Shown: positions 33,757-45,623 of the stretch, in pieces
How positions within the stretch are numbered: the first letter of the stretch is position 1
Layout: every line of letters begins with the position of its first letter
Assembly: GCA_002269645.1 (NCBI GenBank)
Contig: NIVC01000571.1
Location: 434,001 to 498,000, forward strand
Source of the DNA: Macrostomum lignano
Lineage: Eukaryota
Length of the DNA: 64,000 nt
Direction of reading: 5' to 3'
Made by a program: the position numbers and the translations under genes
The notes under the pieces: generated by a model
Databases searched by the model: none
Told to the model about the DNA's origin: nothing
The model's input: the letters and a program-made list of their open reading frames with translations, nothing else

Positions 33757-35436
33757 TACGAGGGGTGTTCTGAAAGTTTCCGGATAGGTAACAATGAACC
33801 AAGTTAACAAAGTGAAAATAGTTACAACTTTTCAAAGTATTCTCCAGCAACTTGCATGCACCAATTCATTCTCTGAAACCAGTTGGTGAAGCATTGGGAC
33901 CATTCACTTTGTCCTATGGTTGCCACTTGCATGCACCAATTCATTCTCTGAAACCAGTTGGTGAAGCATTGGGACCATTCACTTTGTCCTATGGTTGCCA
34001 CTTGCATGCACCAATTCATTCTCTGAAACCAGTTGGTGAAGCATTGGGACCATTCACTTTGTCCTATGGTTGCCACTTGCATGCACCAATTCATTCTCTG
34101 AAACCAGTTGGTGAAGCATTGGGACCATTCACTTTGTCCTATGGTTGCCATGGCATCTTGATATGCTTGAACAGCCTCCTCACTGGATGAAAATTGATGC
34201 CCCTTCAGCTGACTCTTGACTTTTGGGAACAAAAAAAGTCACATGGGGCCAGGTCAGGTGAGTAGGCTGGGTGTGGTAGCAATTTTACTCCAGAATTGGT
34301 CAAGAAGTCAACAGTCTAAGCAGCCATGTGTGCCAGGGCATTGTCATGGTGCCACAGAAGACCACGGACTCCAGTTCTAGGACATCATTTGGCCTATGCG
34401 TTGAGGACTTTTGGTACACAGACATTGGTGTACCAATGTGCTGTCACCATCTACTGACTCTCGAGTGCTACTATGGCCACATAGCCCATGAGCTGAAGAA
34501 TGCTATGACCATCTTCTTTCCTGAACTCCTGGATCAGATGGCCTTCTGAGCAACATCCTTATCAGGAAAGCACCACTGTGATGATTGACACTTTGTCTTG
34601 GGTGGAAATTGTAAATCCATGTTTCACCACCTGTTAGAATATCAAAAACAGACTACTGGATGTGTCCACTATTGAATTTGGTAGCAGTTTCTTGCGGCTA
34701 GAATTGTCTAATTGGGAGGGTTTTGTGTGTGGGCAGGATTTTTGTGTGGAAACATTGGTGTTTCCGCTTGGAATCAGCCAAAGAAACAGCCATATTTTGT
34801 AGCAGGTGTGTCTACTATTGAATTTGGTGAGCATGAACCAGCACCAATCTACCTTGGGAGTCTTCTGGTCAGCAGTGAGGCAATGGGGGATCCGCTGGGA
34901 CACCTCTTTTGCACTCGAAGGTGTTGGTATAGGATCTCATTAAGTGCCCCCAATCCAATCTCTAGGCTTGCCTCGAGCTAGCAGTAGGTGATTCAAGGAT
35001 CCTCCAAGATAAGCTGCTCTGCCTCATTAATGTTTTGCTAGATAACTGCGGTTGCAAGCCTGCCACAATGGGACTCATCTTGGAGGTGCTGCTGACTGCA
35101 TTTGAATTCTGCATATTAATCAAAAACTATTGTCCACAATAGTGCAGTCTTGAAAACAGCTTTGAAGCCGATTTAGTTATTCTTGGGATAATAAACCCAT
35201 TTTGTAGTCATAATAAACCATGGCTCTAAAATGCTCACAAGAGAGTTCCATGGCTGCTGCGTGTTCCTAAGTGGGGGTACAAGAAAAAAATCCAAATAGC
35301 TCAAGGCAGCAAACTTGTCTATAGCTAAAATTGGAGGTATAAATTTAAAACATATTTTTATGCCAATAAATAAAATATTTAAACCCTAAAACAAGCCATC
35401 TTGCTCTATCCGGAAATTTTCAGAGCACCCTTTGCA
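33757..35436 (-). mobile_element. Decayed mariner (Tc1/mariner) transposon
   Basis: Imperfect ~30-bp TIRs (TACGAGGGGTGTTCTGAAAGTTTCCGGATAG versus the reverse complement at 35406-35436). Transposase remnants RIPHCLT (WVPHEL-like), PHPAYSPDLAPCDFF and FPKVKSQLKGHQF...GEYFEKL; many stops and frameshifts. Confidence 0.9.
33850..34150. repeat. 75-bp unit x4 inside the mariner transposase 3' end
   Basis: Identical copies encoding ATIGQSEWSQCFTNWFQRMNWCMQV. Confidence 0.95.
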
Positions 35437-37273
35437 TTTACCCCTAATTATCTTAGCAAAAACTAATATCTATTTTAGTTAGAAAAACTTCTAAAGCAAT
35501 GAAAAGTTAAGTATCTTGCTCAAGCAGGGAAAATTTTTTTTTCAAGTTTTGTTATATTTTCTATTTTTGCTTATTTTTGTTATATTATAATAATAAGTAG
35601 AGCTAGGCTAGGCTAGTATGATAAAAAAACTCAGTTTAGTCACCAGGTTATAATTTTCCTATTAAAGGTTTGTATAGGATATGATTATGATCAATAGGTT
35701 AACCTCAAACTACTCTTAGCAATATTTTGGTTTTTTATTCTAAATTCTACATTTTTTAGCTTTTAATCCTTCTATTTTATGGACTTGTCATACTTAGCTA
35801 CAGCCTAATCTAACTTTCGCATTCTTATATATGTTCCTATAAAAATGCTACATTTACACTAGTTAGCCCCAGCCTTTATTTTGCTTTTCCCTATTATCCA
35901 CACTCTCTTAATGCTATACTATTTCCCCATACTCTTCATACATTGCAAGCCAGTGAGGCATTGACTGACTCACATTGTCATTAGGCCTAGTAGTAATTGT
36001 AATTCTATTAACATGTTGTAAGTGCACTTATAATATTTATTGTTATCTCTTATTAGGCCTACTGCTATAAGCCATCAAAATCATTTTAAAATGCTTAAAG
36101 AATCTAAATTTAGAGCCGAAGTGAAGATAGATCAAGTCAAGATTGGATTCATCTTCAAATCCAAAGCCGAAGTTGACTGGTTCAATTGCAACTGTGATAC
36201 ATTTAGCTAGACTAGAGAAAAAAACACAAAGGTAAAATTGCTAAAACTTTTCTGCTGACGAAATTTTAAATGGACAAGCGTTTGAATGGGCAAAAAGCCT
36301 GAGTGGGGCTGTCAAGCTAGCTAAACGATGACAATTGTTGTTTTTTGCCGCCTTTTGGTTTCTTAGAAAATGAGCCTGCATGACGCCGCATCAGTTTTAA
36401 ACCCCAGCTACTACTGTTAAACAAGTTTAACTGACCATTCTTAGGCTTTAGGAAGAACATAAAATTTTCTTACTTATTGCTTTAAGCTAGCATATTTTAC
36501 TTTCCAATAAAACTTTCTGTAGACATAACATAGTAAGAGCCGCTGCATTAAAATAATTAACAAATCCGGCATGAAAAACTTAAGCCTAGATGGCTGAGCT
36601 AAACTGTAGAAGGAATGCATTTACATACATATATACCCACATGGATTTGCATGGGCGTCTCTAGAACATTTTCGAAAATGGCTGACAATAGAGAGAAATA
36701 AAAAATAAAGGTAAATTAGGCGACCAAGGTTAGATTTGATTGACAACCGTTTGCATGGGTTATGGATGTCACGAAGAAAGAGTACAATCACGCTTTCTTT
36801 TAAACTTTTAAATTTCTAGACCTTTCAACTTTTATATTTCGATTTGTGTGTGGTAGGACTACAGCAATGTTAAGACTGTCGGCAGAGCAGCAGTTGCATA
36901 TCCACTCAGTCACGGCCCGAGGGGGCATTTAAGGCCACGTCACTGTCAGGAACGTCTTATTCAGCTATGAATCAAGGACCACTGTGTAGCTATATACAGG
37001 CTCATTGCTATGAACCCGCTAAAAAAAGAAAATTTTACAAAGAGATTTTTCGAGAGGAGTTTGATCACAAACTTTTCTTAGTTTTACATGTAACTTGCTG
37101 TCTCTTCTCTTCTTGTTTTAGGCTTTTAGCTAGCTGTCTCTTCAGATACAGCTCTCTTCTAGTATCTGAAAATTGTATTTTTAACACGCATGTGATTTTA
37201 TTTAAACTTTTTTCCAAATAAATGAAAGGTCCCGTTAATGTATAGTTATAGTGTCCTACAATATTTCGAATAT

Positions 37274-38917
37274 TCAGGGTGAATATTTCAACTGTTCAGG
37301 GTTAAGTGTCTTGGTTGCCTCACAATGCAATTCTTTTTGCTTCACTCGCACGAGTTTCCCACTGGGTCGAACAGCCGGATGACCACCAGGCCGGCCGTGC
37401 TGGCCGGCGTTGCCGCCAGTGGTGCCGCTGCAGCCGCTGCCGGAGCAGAAGGAGCCGCCGCCGCCTCCTGGAGGGCCCACCGAGAAGCTGGTGGCGCCTC
37501 CGCTGAAGCCGCCGCCGGCCCCGGCAGCGCCCCAGTAGGGGTTCATCGTGCCGCCGCCTCCGCCGACGCCGAACCCGCCGTCGCCGGTGTTGGAGCCACC
37601 GGCGTCGCCGCCCAGCCAGCCCTCGGCCCAACTGCCGCCTCCGTCACCGTCGTCCGGTCCCCGCCTGGTGCACACCGGCTTCCCCAGCCAGCCGGCGCCG
37701 CAGCCAGCGAGGTTCTGGTTGCCGGTCATGGCGCTGGAGTCGTGGAAGCCCGGCTGTCCGTTGCTGCCGCCGTGGCTGTTTCCGCTCGGATTCGCGACGG
37801 AGCCGTTGACGCCGGCCTCTCCGGGCAGCCCTTTTGCAAATTTGGAATCAAACTATTTAATTCAGGATTTATGATCAAATTCAGCTTCCTATTTCAATTT
37901 GAATTTTCACTGATTTGTGCAGATCTCGATCTTGTGTGATTGATCATCATGATTTGTATCTGACAATCGAAATATACTAAATGCTTTACTATAATGCCGT
38001 ACTCACCAGCTGAGCCGTAGGTCCCGGCACCGCCGCCTCCGGCTGCAGCCAGCAGCAGCTCGTCTGCCGTCCGGTACACGAAGCTGCCGCCGCCTCCGCC
38101 GCCACCTGCGTACAAGCTACTGGGCGGACCGCCGGCCTGTCCGACCACGACGCTCAGCTGGGTGCCGGCCGTCAGGTTGAAGGCGCCGGACACGAAGGCG
38201 CCGCTGCCGCCAGCCTTGCCTGAGAAGGAGTTGGTGCCGCCTCTGGCGCCCGACACTTCGATCCGGTAGCAGCCGGTCGAGGGGATCGTCACGGACTGGA
38301 TGGAGCCGGCCCTGCCCGTGCCGCTGTCTGCAGTGAGAGAGGGCGCTGCAGATCAGATGTCAAGGTGCAACAAATGCTCGAAGCGCAGAAAATTTGCAAA
38401 CATTGGCTTTTCCTCACTTCTGAGCTCAATGGTGACGTTCAGCATCCTCTTCCTCATCAGCATCAGCTTCGTGAAGTTCTCGGCCGTCCACAGCCTGGCG
38501 CCGGGCTCGGAGCCCACGAGTCTCTGCACGTGAGTCCTGGCCGGTCCCGGCGCCTGAGACGCGTCGTTCAGCAGCAGCAGCTGGCAGACGCGCGAGCTGG
38601 GGATGAGCGAAGCCAGCAGGCAGCCCTTCCGCTGGCACGCTGCCAGACACTCCAGCCGGGTCTGGACGCCGGTCAGGTTGACGAGTTCGCTGCTGGAGGC
38701 GTTGCCGATCAGGACGGGCTCGAGGGCCAAGGTAAAACGGCCGGAACAGTCCGGACGCGAGCCTGTGAGAGTTCAATTGGGAAAGCATCGCATGCATAAG
38801 TGAAACCGACGCAAGGGTTTTAATCCAGCTCCAAGATGTACCTGACACAGCAGCGGAGCAGCAGCAAAGCACGAGGGCTATGTAGCAGATCGGCAGCATC
38901 TCCATCTGTCTCGGCAT
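37274..38917 (-). CDS. Predicted secreted protein: signal peptide, PAN/apple-like domain, ALK/LTK-type glycine-rich domain
   Basis: Exons 38842-38917, 38418-38762, 38007-38327, 37274(or 37342)-37830 with consistent phases. PAN-like TRLECLAACQRKGCLLASLIPSSRVCQL; GRD motifs [73 protein letters not shown]. Confidence 0.8.
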
Positions 38918-39529
38918 GCTCTCTGCTAATCGCGGGCTTATTCAAGCTTTGGTCTATCAAAAACTGTCAAATGTGTCTGTGAGTGCACGGCCGCGCCACT
39001 CGGGACTCAGAAATAGCGATAGAAATAGAGGCAGAAGTTTGACAATTTTGCACTGAGCTGTTTTTCCCCGTTGCCTGGAGACTGCCAACAGAATTTGAGG
39101 GGTTTAGCAGTCTTCTATTGGCTAAGCAGGGGGCGGCAGCATTCCGGTTTGAGATTCCTCATCGGCTCATCAGCCCACGCAGGAATTGTCAGGATTCCAA
39201 TGCGAATACCTGAATGTGAGCACAAAGCAAGTAGGCTTAAGAAAAGTCTGTATGCGCAGTAAAGTGCACCCGGGCACCAATTGAAAGTTTGAAGCTCGCA
39301 CCCGTCCAGCAAGCTGGGTTGGGCGATTTGATTACTTATTAGATCACAAGCAAGATTTCAGCAGATCCCACCACTGGAGCTCCTCACCCTGTCGTGTTGG
39401 CTAAGTAGACAAAAGCTTTTACAAGATTGCTTGAACCCCAAATAATTCTATCTGTTTAAACCAAAATGGCATCAGCCCCGAAAGCCTGAAATCCAAGCTA
39501 AGATATGAGCATCCGCTTTGAGCATCAGC

Positions 39530-41200
39530 AACTTCCCCTTGAGCACTGGAATCTCAGAAACTTCCTTTGAGCACTGGAATCTCAGAAACTTCCCTTGAGC
39601 ACTGGAATCTCAGAAACTTCCCTTGAGCACTGGAATCTCAGAAACTTCCCTTGAGCACTGGAATCTCAGCAACTTCCCCTTGAGCACTGGAATCTCAGAA
39701 ACTTCCCTTGACCACTGGAATCTCAGAAACTTCCCTTGAGCACTGGAATCTCAGAAACTTCCCTTGAGCACTGGAATCTCAGAAACTTCCCTTGAGCACT
39801 GGAATCTCAGAAACTTCCCTTGAGCACTGGAATCTCAGAAACTTCCCTTGAGCACTGGAATCTCAGAAACTTCCCTTTGAGCACTGGAATCTCAGCAACT
39901 TCCCCTTGAGCACTGGAATCTCAGAAACTTCCCTTGAGCACTGGAATCTCAGAAACTTCCCTTGAGCACTGGAATCTCAGAAACTTCCCTTGAGCACTGG
40001 AATCTCAGAAACTTCCCTTGAGCACTGGAATCTCAGAAACTTCCCTTGAGCACTGGAATCTCAGCAACTTCCCCTTGAGCACTGGAATCTCAGAAACTTC
40101 CCTTGAGCACTGGAATCTCAGAAACTTCCCTTGAGCACTGGAATCTCAGAAACTTCCCTTGAGCACTGGAATCTCAGAAACTTCCCTTGAGCACTGGAAT
40201 CTCAGAAACTTCCCTTGACCACTGGAATCTCAGAAACTTCCCTTTGAGCACTGGAATCTCAGAAACTTCCCTTGAGCACTGGAATCTCAGAAACTTCCCT
40301 TGAGCACTGGAATCTCAGAAACTTCCCTTGAGCACTGGAATCTCAGCAACTTCCCCTTGAGCACTGGAATCTCAGAAACTTCCCTTGAGCACTGGAATCT
40401 CAGAAACTTCCCTTGAGCACTGGAATCTCAGAAACTTCCCTTGAGCACTGGAATCTCAGAAACTTCCCTTGAGCACTGGAATCTCAGAAACTTCCCTTGA
40501 GCACTGGAATCTCAGAAACTTCCCTTGAGCACTGGAATCTCAGAAACTTCCCTTGAGCACTGGAATCTCAGAAACTTCCCTTGAGCACTGGCATCTCAGA
40601 AACTTCCCTTGAGCACTGGAATCTCAGAAACTTCCCTTGAGCACTGGAATCTCAGAAACTTCCCTTGAGCACTGGAATCTCAGAAACTTCCCTTGAGCAC
40701 TGGAATCTCAGAAACTTCCCTTGAGCACTGGAATCTCAGAAACTTCCCTTGAGCACTGGAATCTCAGAAACTTCCCTTGAGCACTGGAATCTCAGAAACT
40801 TCCCTTGAGCACTGGAATCTCAGAAACTTCCCTTGAGCACTGGCATCTCAGAAACTTCCCTTGAGCACTGGCATCTCAGAAACTTCCCTTGAGCACTGGA
40901 ATCTCAGAAACTTCCCTTGAGCACTGGCATCTCAGAAACTTCCCTTGAGCACTGGAATCTCAGAAACTTCCCTTGAGCACTGGAATCTCAGAAACTTCCC
41001 TTGAGCACTGGAATCTCAGAAACTTCCCTTGAGCACTGGAATCTCAGAAACTTCCCTTGAGCACTGGAATCTCAGAAACTTCCCTTGAGCACTGGAATCT
41101 CAGAAACTTCCCTTGAGCACTGGAATCTCAGAAACTTCCCTTGAGCACTGGAATCTCAGAAACTTCCCTTGAGCACTGGCATCTCAGCAACCCCCCTTGA
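39530..41200. repeat. 28-bp satellite (GAGCACTGGAATCTCAGAAACTTCCCTT)n
   Basis: About 59 near-identical head-to-tail copies, no spacers. Confidence 0.97.
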
Positions 41201-42978
41201 GCCCCCCCCCCCCTGAGCGAAGACTTTTATGGGCGCGAATTTTCGGCGTACTGGATCGGACCGAATGAATGAAAGCGGTTTTCTTATTCTCCCCACTTTG
41301 ACAAAGGCGGCGGGTATTGGCATTACGAAAGAGCGTCCCTAAAGTGGGCGCAGCCATATCAAATGTAAAATCTATAAGAAGTGGTTGTCTAATGTACGCT
41401 GTATATTAGACATATAACGCCGCACATTTGGCAGGTTGAATGAAACATGCCGTAAAATTTAACTCACTATACGGACTGAAAGAAAATAAGCACATACCAT
41501 TGTACATTGTCTTATGATACAAAAACATACGGGTACAAATGTACGTTTGAATGTCCAGTTAGTCATTGTAAACTGTTTAACTGAGTCTAAAGCTGTCTTT
41601 GTGTACACAAAAGACAGAGCTGAGGCAGTGAGACATGTTTTCATGAGTTCAAGTTCCCTAGCTGCTTTTTCTCAGCTCTTAGTCTTTACTCGTGCAAAGG
41701 TCAAATACTTTTCCGAATGCCGTGCGGACACGCCTGCCGGCCATGTCAGCCCAATAAATATCTTCTCGACTGCTGCGACTTCAGCTGTGTGTCCAGTTGC
41801 GACAATTCCAATCAGACAACATCGAAGGCGCGCTTCATCTGGATTCGGCAGCTCAGTTGCGCCAGCTGTCTGAGAGCGACTGGAAAATCAGAGCTGTTTC
41901 CCTGATTAAGTACTCCGCTATTCCTGTCACCGACATCGAGCTGGTGCTGCCGAATAATAACAGTTCGACGAAGAGGACCTGCGGTAACTGGCAGATAAAT
42001 TCGAAGTCTAAAGCACAGCGTGTCTGAAGGACAATTTCTGAAGGACATCAGGGGTTGGAAACATTTTTTATCTTAAGGCTAGATGAAGAATCCAGTTCAG
42101 GCCGTGCGCCATGTGTGAGTGGAAAGGAGAGAGAATAGAAGCTGAGAGGCGAGAGATAATTGGGAGAAAATAAGGGGAGAGAAGAGGAGCGACGAGAGAA
42201 GGGAGAGAGGGAAGAGAAAAGAGGGGAGAGAGAAAAGTAAGAGGAGAGAGGAGGAAGAGGAGGGGAAGATGTTAGAGAGGGGAGAGAGAGAGGAGAGAGG
42301 ATCGAGAGGAGAGGGGAGAGAAGTATGAGGGGGCTTCTGGGACAATTTTTTAACGTCCTCCATAATCCCATTAAATCCATCCATATTATCTCCGACAGAA
42401 TCAGAAAAAAGGGGGGTCGCACTTACTCCGAAAACTTCAAACATAATCCCATTAAATCCATCCATATTATCCCTGACAGAATCAGAGCATAACAGGTGTC
42501 CTACATAATCCACTGACATCCACCCATAGCATCTTCGAAACAATCAGAAAATAATCTGCATTCTTCTCCCCACATTCAATTCGCGAAACCAGATCCCAAA
42601 GACTTTAAATCATCAGCGCAGGGTGCTCATCCTCCGAAAAAAATTTAATTCTCAATAAAAATGCTTCCAATCGTCTCTCCAGGTTCTTATTACAAAGCCC
42701 CCGAGCCTAATTACAAGAGTAAGTACCGATGCAAACTAGAATGCAGTGAGAACATGAGAAAATATTGGCCCGACGTTGATATCAATGTCCCTAATATTAA
42801 TCTAGCTCTCCAAAGCCACTGGTTTCATAAGTATGGAGTAACCTACGTAACAGATTACGACAGCTACTATAACTTTGCAGAAATCATTAGGCAATTGTAA
42901 TTTTTTTTCGCACATTCTCTCAATGATCAACTTCAATACAAACTCTTCACCGTTGAAATCAACACCCACCCCATCTTC

Positions 42979-44922
42979 CTCTCTTTCGGTGCCTGTCCTG
43001 AAAGGGGGCCCCCAGGGCGGCGTTCTCACCCCCCGTTCTCTGGAACATGGTCATGGATGAGTTGCTTTGCAGTGATCTCCACGACCCCATTCTCAAGGTG
43101 GGCTATGCCGATGATGTGACCGCGATATGCGCGGGCCCCTCGGTTGATACCATCAGAGACCTTCTGCAGGGCTTTCTGGGACGAGCGGAGCGTTGGGCAG
43201 ACCAATGTGGCCTTAGACTCTCAGAGTCGAAAACCACAGCAGTCATGTTTACCAACAAACTGCTCTGGACCATTAAGCCCCTCACCCTCTATGGAAAGAA
43301 TATTTCCATGGAGAAGCAGGTCCGCTGCCTGGGCCTCACTCTGGACCACAGGCTTAACTGGACTCCGCACATTCAAACTAAAGCCAAAAAAGCCCTGGCT
43401 GTACTGGCTCAGATCAGGCGCGCCGTGGGCACCACCTGGGGCTCACCCCAGGAAGCTGTGGTGGATTTACACTGCCATCATCCGCCCCTCGATCAGTTAC
43501 GCCAGCCTCGTGTGGGCTAGCGGCCTGAGCGTCAAGAGCAACCTCGACGCTCTCCACAAAATCCAGGGCAGAGCCTGCCGCATGACTATGGGCGCTCCAC
43601 CCTCTACTCCTTTTGAAGGCATGAATGCCTTCCTCTGTGCCCCTCCTTTGGATATTTATATCAAAGGAGAGGCGGCGAAGGGCACCCGGCGTCTTCTGGA
43701 TGCTGGGGTGGCCTTCAAGAAAGTGCGGGCCTTTAAGAAGCGGTCGCTTATCCCGCACTCTGACCTCTGCCTCAAGGCTCTCGAGGAGTGTGGCGGGCTC
43801 AACATCCTCACGGACTCGATCCCAGCCACCCTTCTCCTGAGCCAAAGGTATAAGGTCACCATTCAGCCTCGACACGAGGCGAGTGACAGCTGGAGCGACT
43901 CTGAAGTCCACTGTTACACTGACGGCTCTATGAGGCATGGTCTTTCAGGCTTCGGAGCTTGCGTCTTCTTCAAGGGAGAAGTGGTGTGGAGCTACTCCCA
44001 GCACACTGGGCTCAACTCCAGTGTTTTTCAGAGCGAGGTGCTTGCCATCAGCTCCTGCGCGGCAGAGCTGCGCCGAAGGCAGCTTAGCGGCCGGAAATTT
44101 ATTTTTCACTCTGACAGCCAAGCAGCCCTTCGGGCCCTCTGCCGCAGCACCGCCAGCTCCAGGTCCGTCCTGGACTGCAACACCCAGCTCAACGGGCTTG
44201 CGCTAGGCAACCAGGTGGAGCTCAGATGGATCCCGGGCCACGCCGGCTTCCCCGGCAACGAGCGCGCTGACCTGCTGGCCAAGGCTGGCTCCGCCGGCGC
44301 GCTATTGGGGCCGGGCCCGGGTGCCCCCATCCCCGCCTCGGTGATCAATTCCCGCGTTAAGCGCTGGGCTGACTCCGAGCATCTCCGCAGGTGGCACGAC
44401 ACCCGGAATTGTAGGCAATCCCGTGCTGCCGTCCCCTGCCCCTCTCCTCTCCTGCGTAGAGCCCTCCTCAGGCTCAACCGCAGAGACCTCAGAGCAGTTA
44501 GCATGGCCCTCTCCGGGCATGGCTGCTTCTCTCGCCACCGCTTCCTTCAGGGCCAAGTACCCGAGGAGCGGTGCCCCTTCTGCCGCTCAGGCAGTGAAAA
44601 CGCCGAGCATTTTATCTGCCACTGCCCGGTTTTCACCAGGGCCAGGCTCACTCACCTCGGGCCAAACCCGGTTCTCTCCGACGTTTGCAGGCCCGAGAGC
44701 ATCCCGCTGCTCGCCCGGTACCTCAGGGACACCGGACGAGCTGATTTCTTCCCCACCGCCGGTGAGGAGGACCGCGCTGCAGGCGAGACCGACGGGTCCC
44801 CCTGAGCGACACCACTTCAACGGAAGTCGTTGGTCGCCAGGGGCTAGCGGAATGGGCGGTCTCCTCCGCCTCCTCGCTGCATCCGCCGGACGCCCCCTGC
44901 AGCTAAGTCAAGTAAGTCAAGT
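42979..44922 (+). mobile_element. 5'-truncated LOA/R1-like non-LTR retrotransposon (RT C-half, RNase H, CCHC-like finger)
   Basis: 12-bp TSD CACCCCATCTTC at 42967-42978 and 44923-44934. Motifs PQGGVL..LWNMVMDELL, GYADD, YTDGS, FQSEVLAI, SDSQAAL, WIPGHAGFPGNERADLLAK, CPFC...EHFICHC; (TAAGTCAAG)-like tail; homopolymer frameshifts at ~43030 and ~43440. Confidence 0.92.
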
Positions 44923-45623
44923 CACCCCATCTTCAGTCTCAAACTGTAGCACAATCTCGTGAATCTCCTTATTAATTACTCAATACAACTCTTTTCACTG
45001 GATTTGGTTTCTCTACCAGCATTTGTCCTCCAGCTACAGAGTTTTTAGTAAAGACGTTTTCTAGAAAATCAAAACAGATTGAGGAAGTAAAACAGAAAGG
45101 AATTTATGAGTTAAGAGAGAATTATTGAGAGCTCATTCTACAAATTGCAAAAATAGCAGTGAATTTGAAGAGAAGGAAGAGGATACTTTTCTTATAGCTT
45201 GCCTATTAATTTTATTATTAATTATTTAGAACTATATATTTATTAACTATTACAAGATTATAAAAAAATTGATAGAAAAAAACAGACACCATGTAGGCTC
45301 TCAGAATTGTCTAACGCGTTAGAATTTTTCAACAACATACTGAGCCAGCCTAGCTTTCCTGTGAGCCAGCAGCTAGATTCTCTAACGCTGTTAGAAATTT
45401 CTATGTGAACATTCGGTGTGCCCAAGCTTATCTTGCGGGAAACTTTTCACATAGAAATTTCTAACAGCGTTAGAATTCCAAACCCCCCGATTGAGCTGTA
45501 CGCAGCACTGAGAAAATTGCTACCCTCCCCTACTTAACCAATCGGCTGCCTACAGTTAGTAGTTGAATCTTCTCTTTGAATTCTAACGCGTTAGAAAAAT
45601 TCTAAATGAACTAAATTTTAAAA

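Noticed and set aside
39530-41200. 28-bp repeat array as a CRISPR
   Set aside because: Head-to-tail copies with no unique spacers, no cas genes, eukaryotic context.
41797-42978. Short coding-like ORFs around the LOA insertion site (41797-42027, 42661-42900)
   Set aside because: No recognisable motifs or consistent splice structure; cannot be supported without a database search.
44843-44915. HDV-like motifs (GCCTCCTCGCT, CCGCC-GG, GCTAA) at the LOA 3' end
   Set aside because: P3 pairs only partly and no P2 partner exists; the position at a 3' tail is also atypical.
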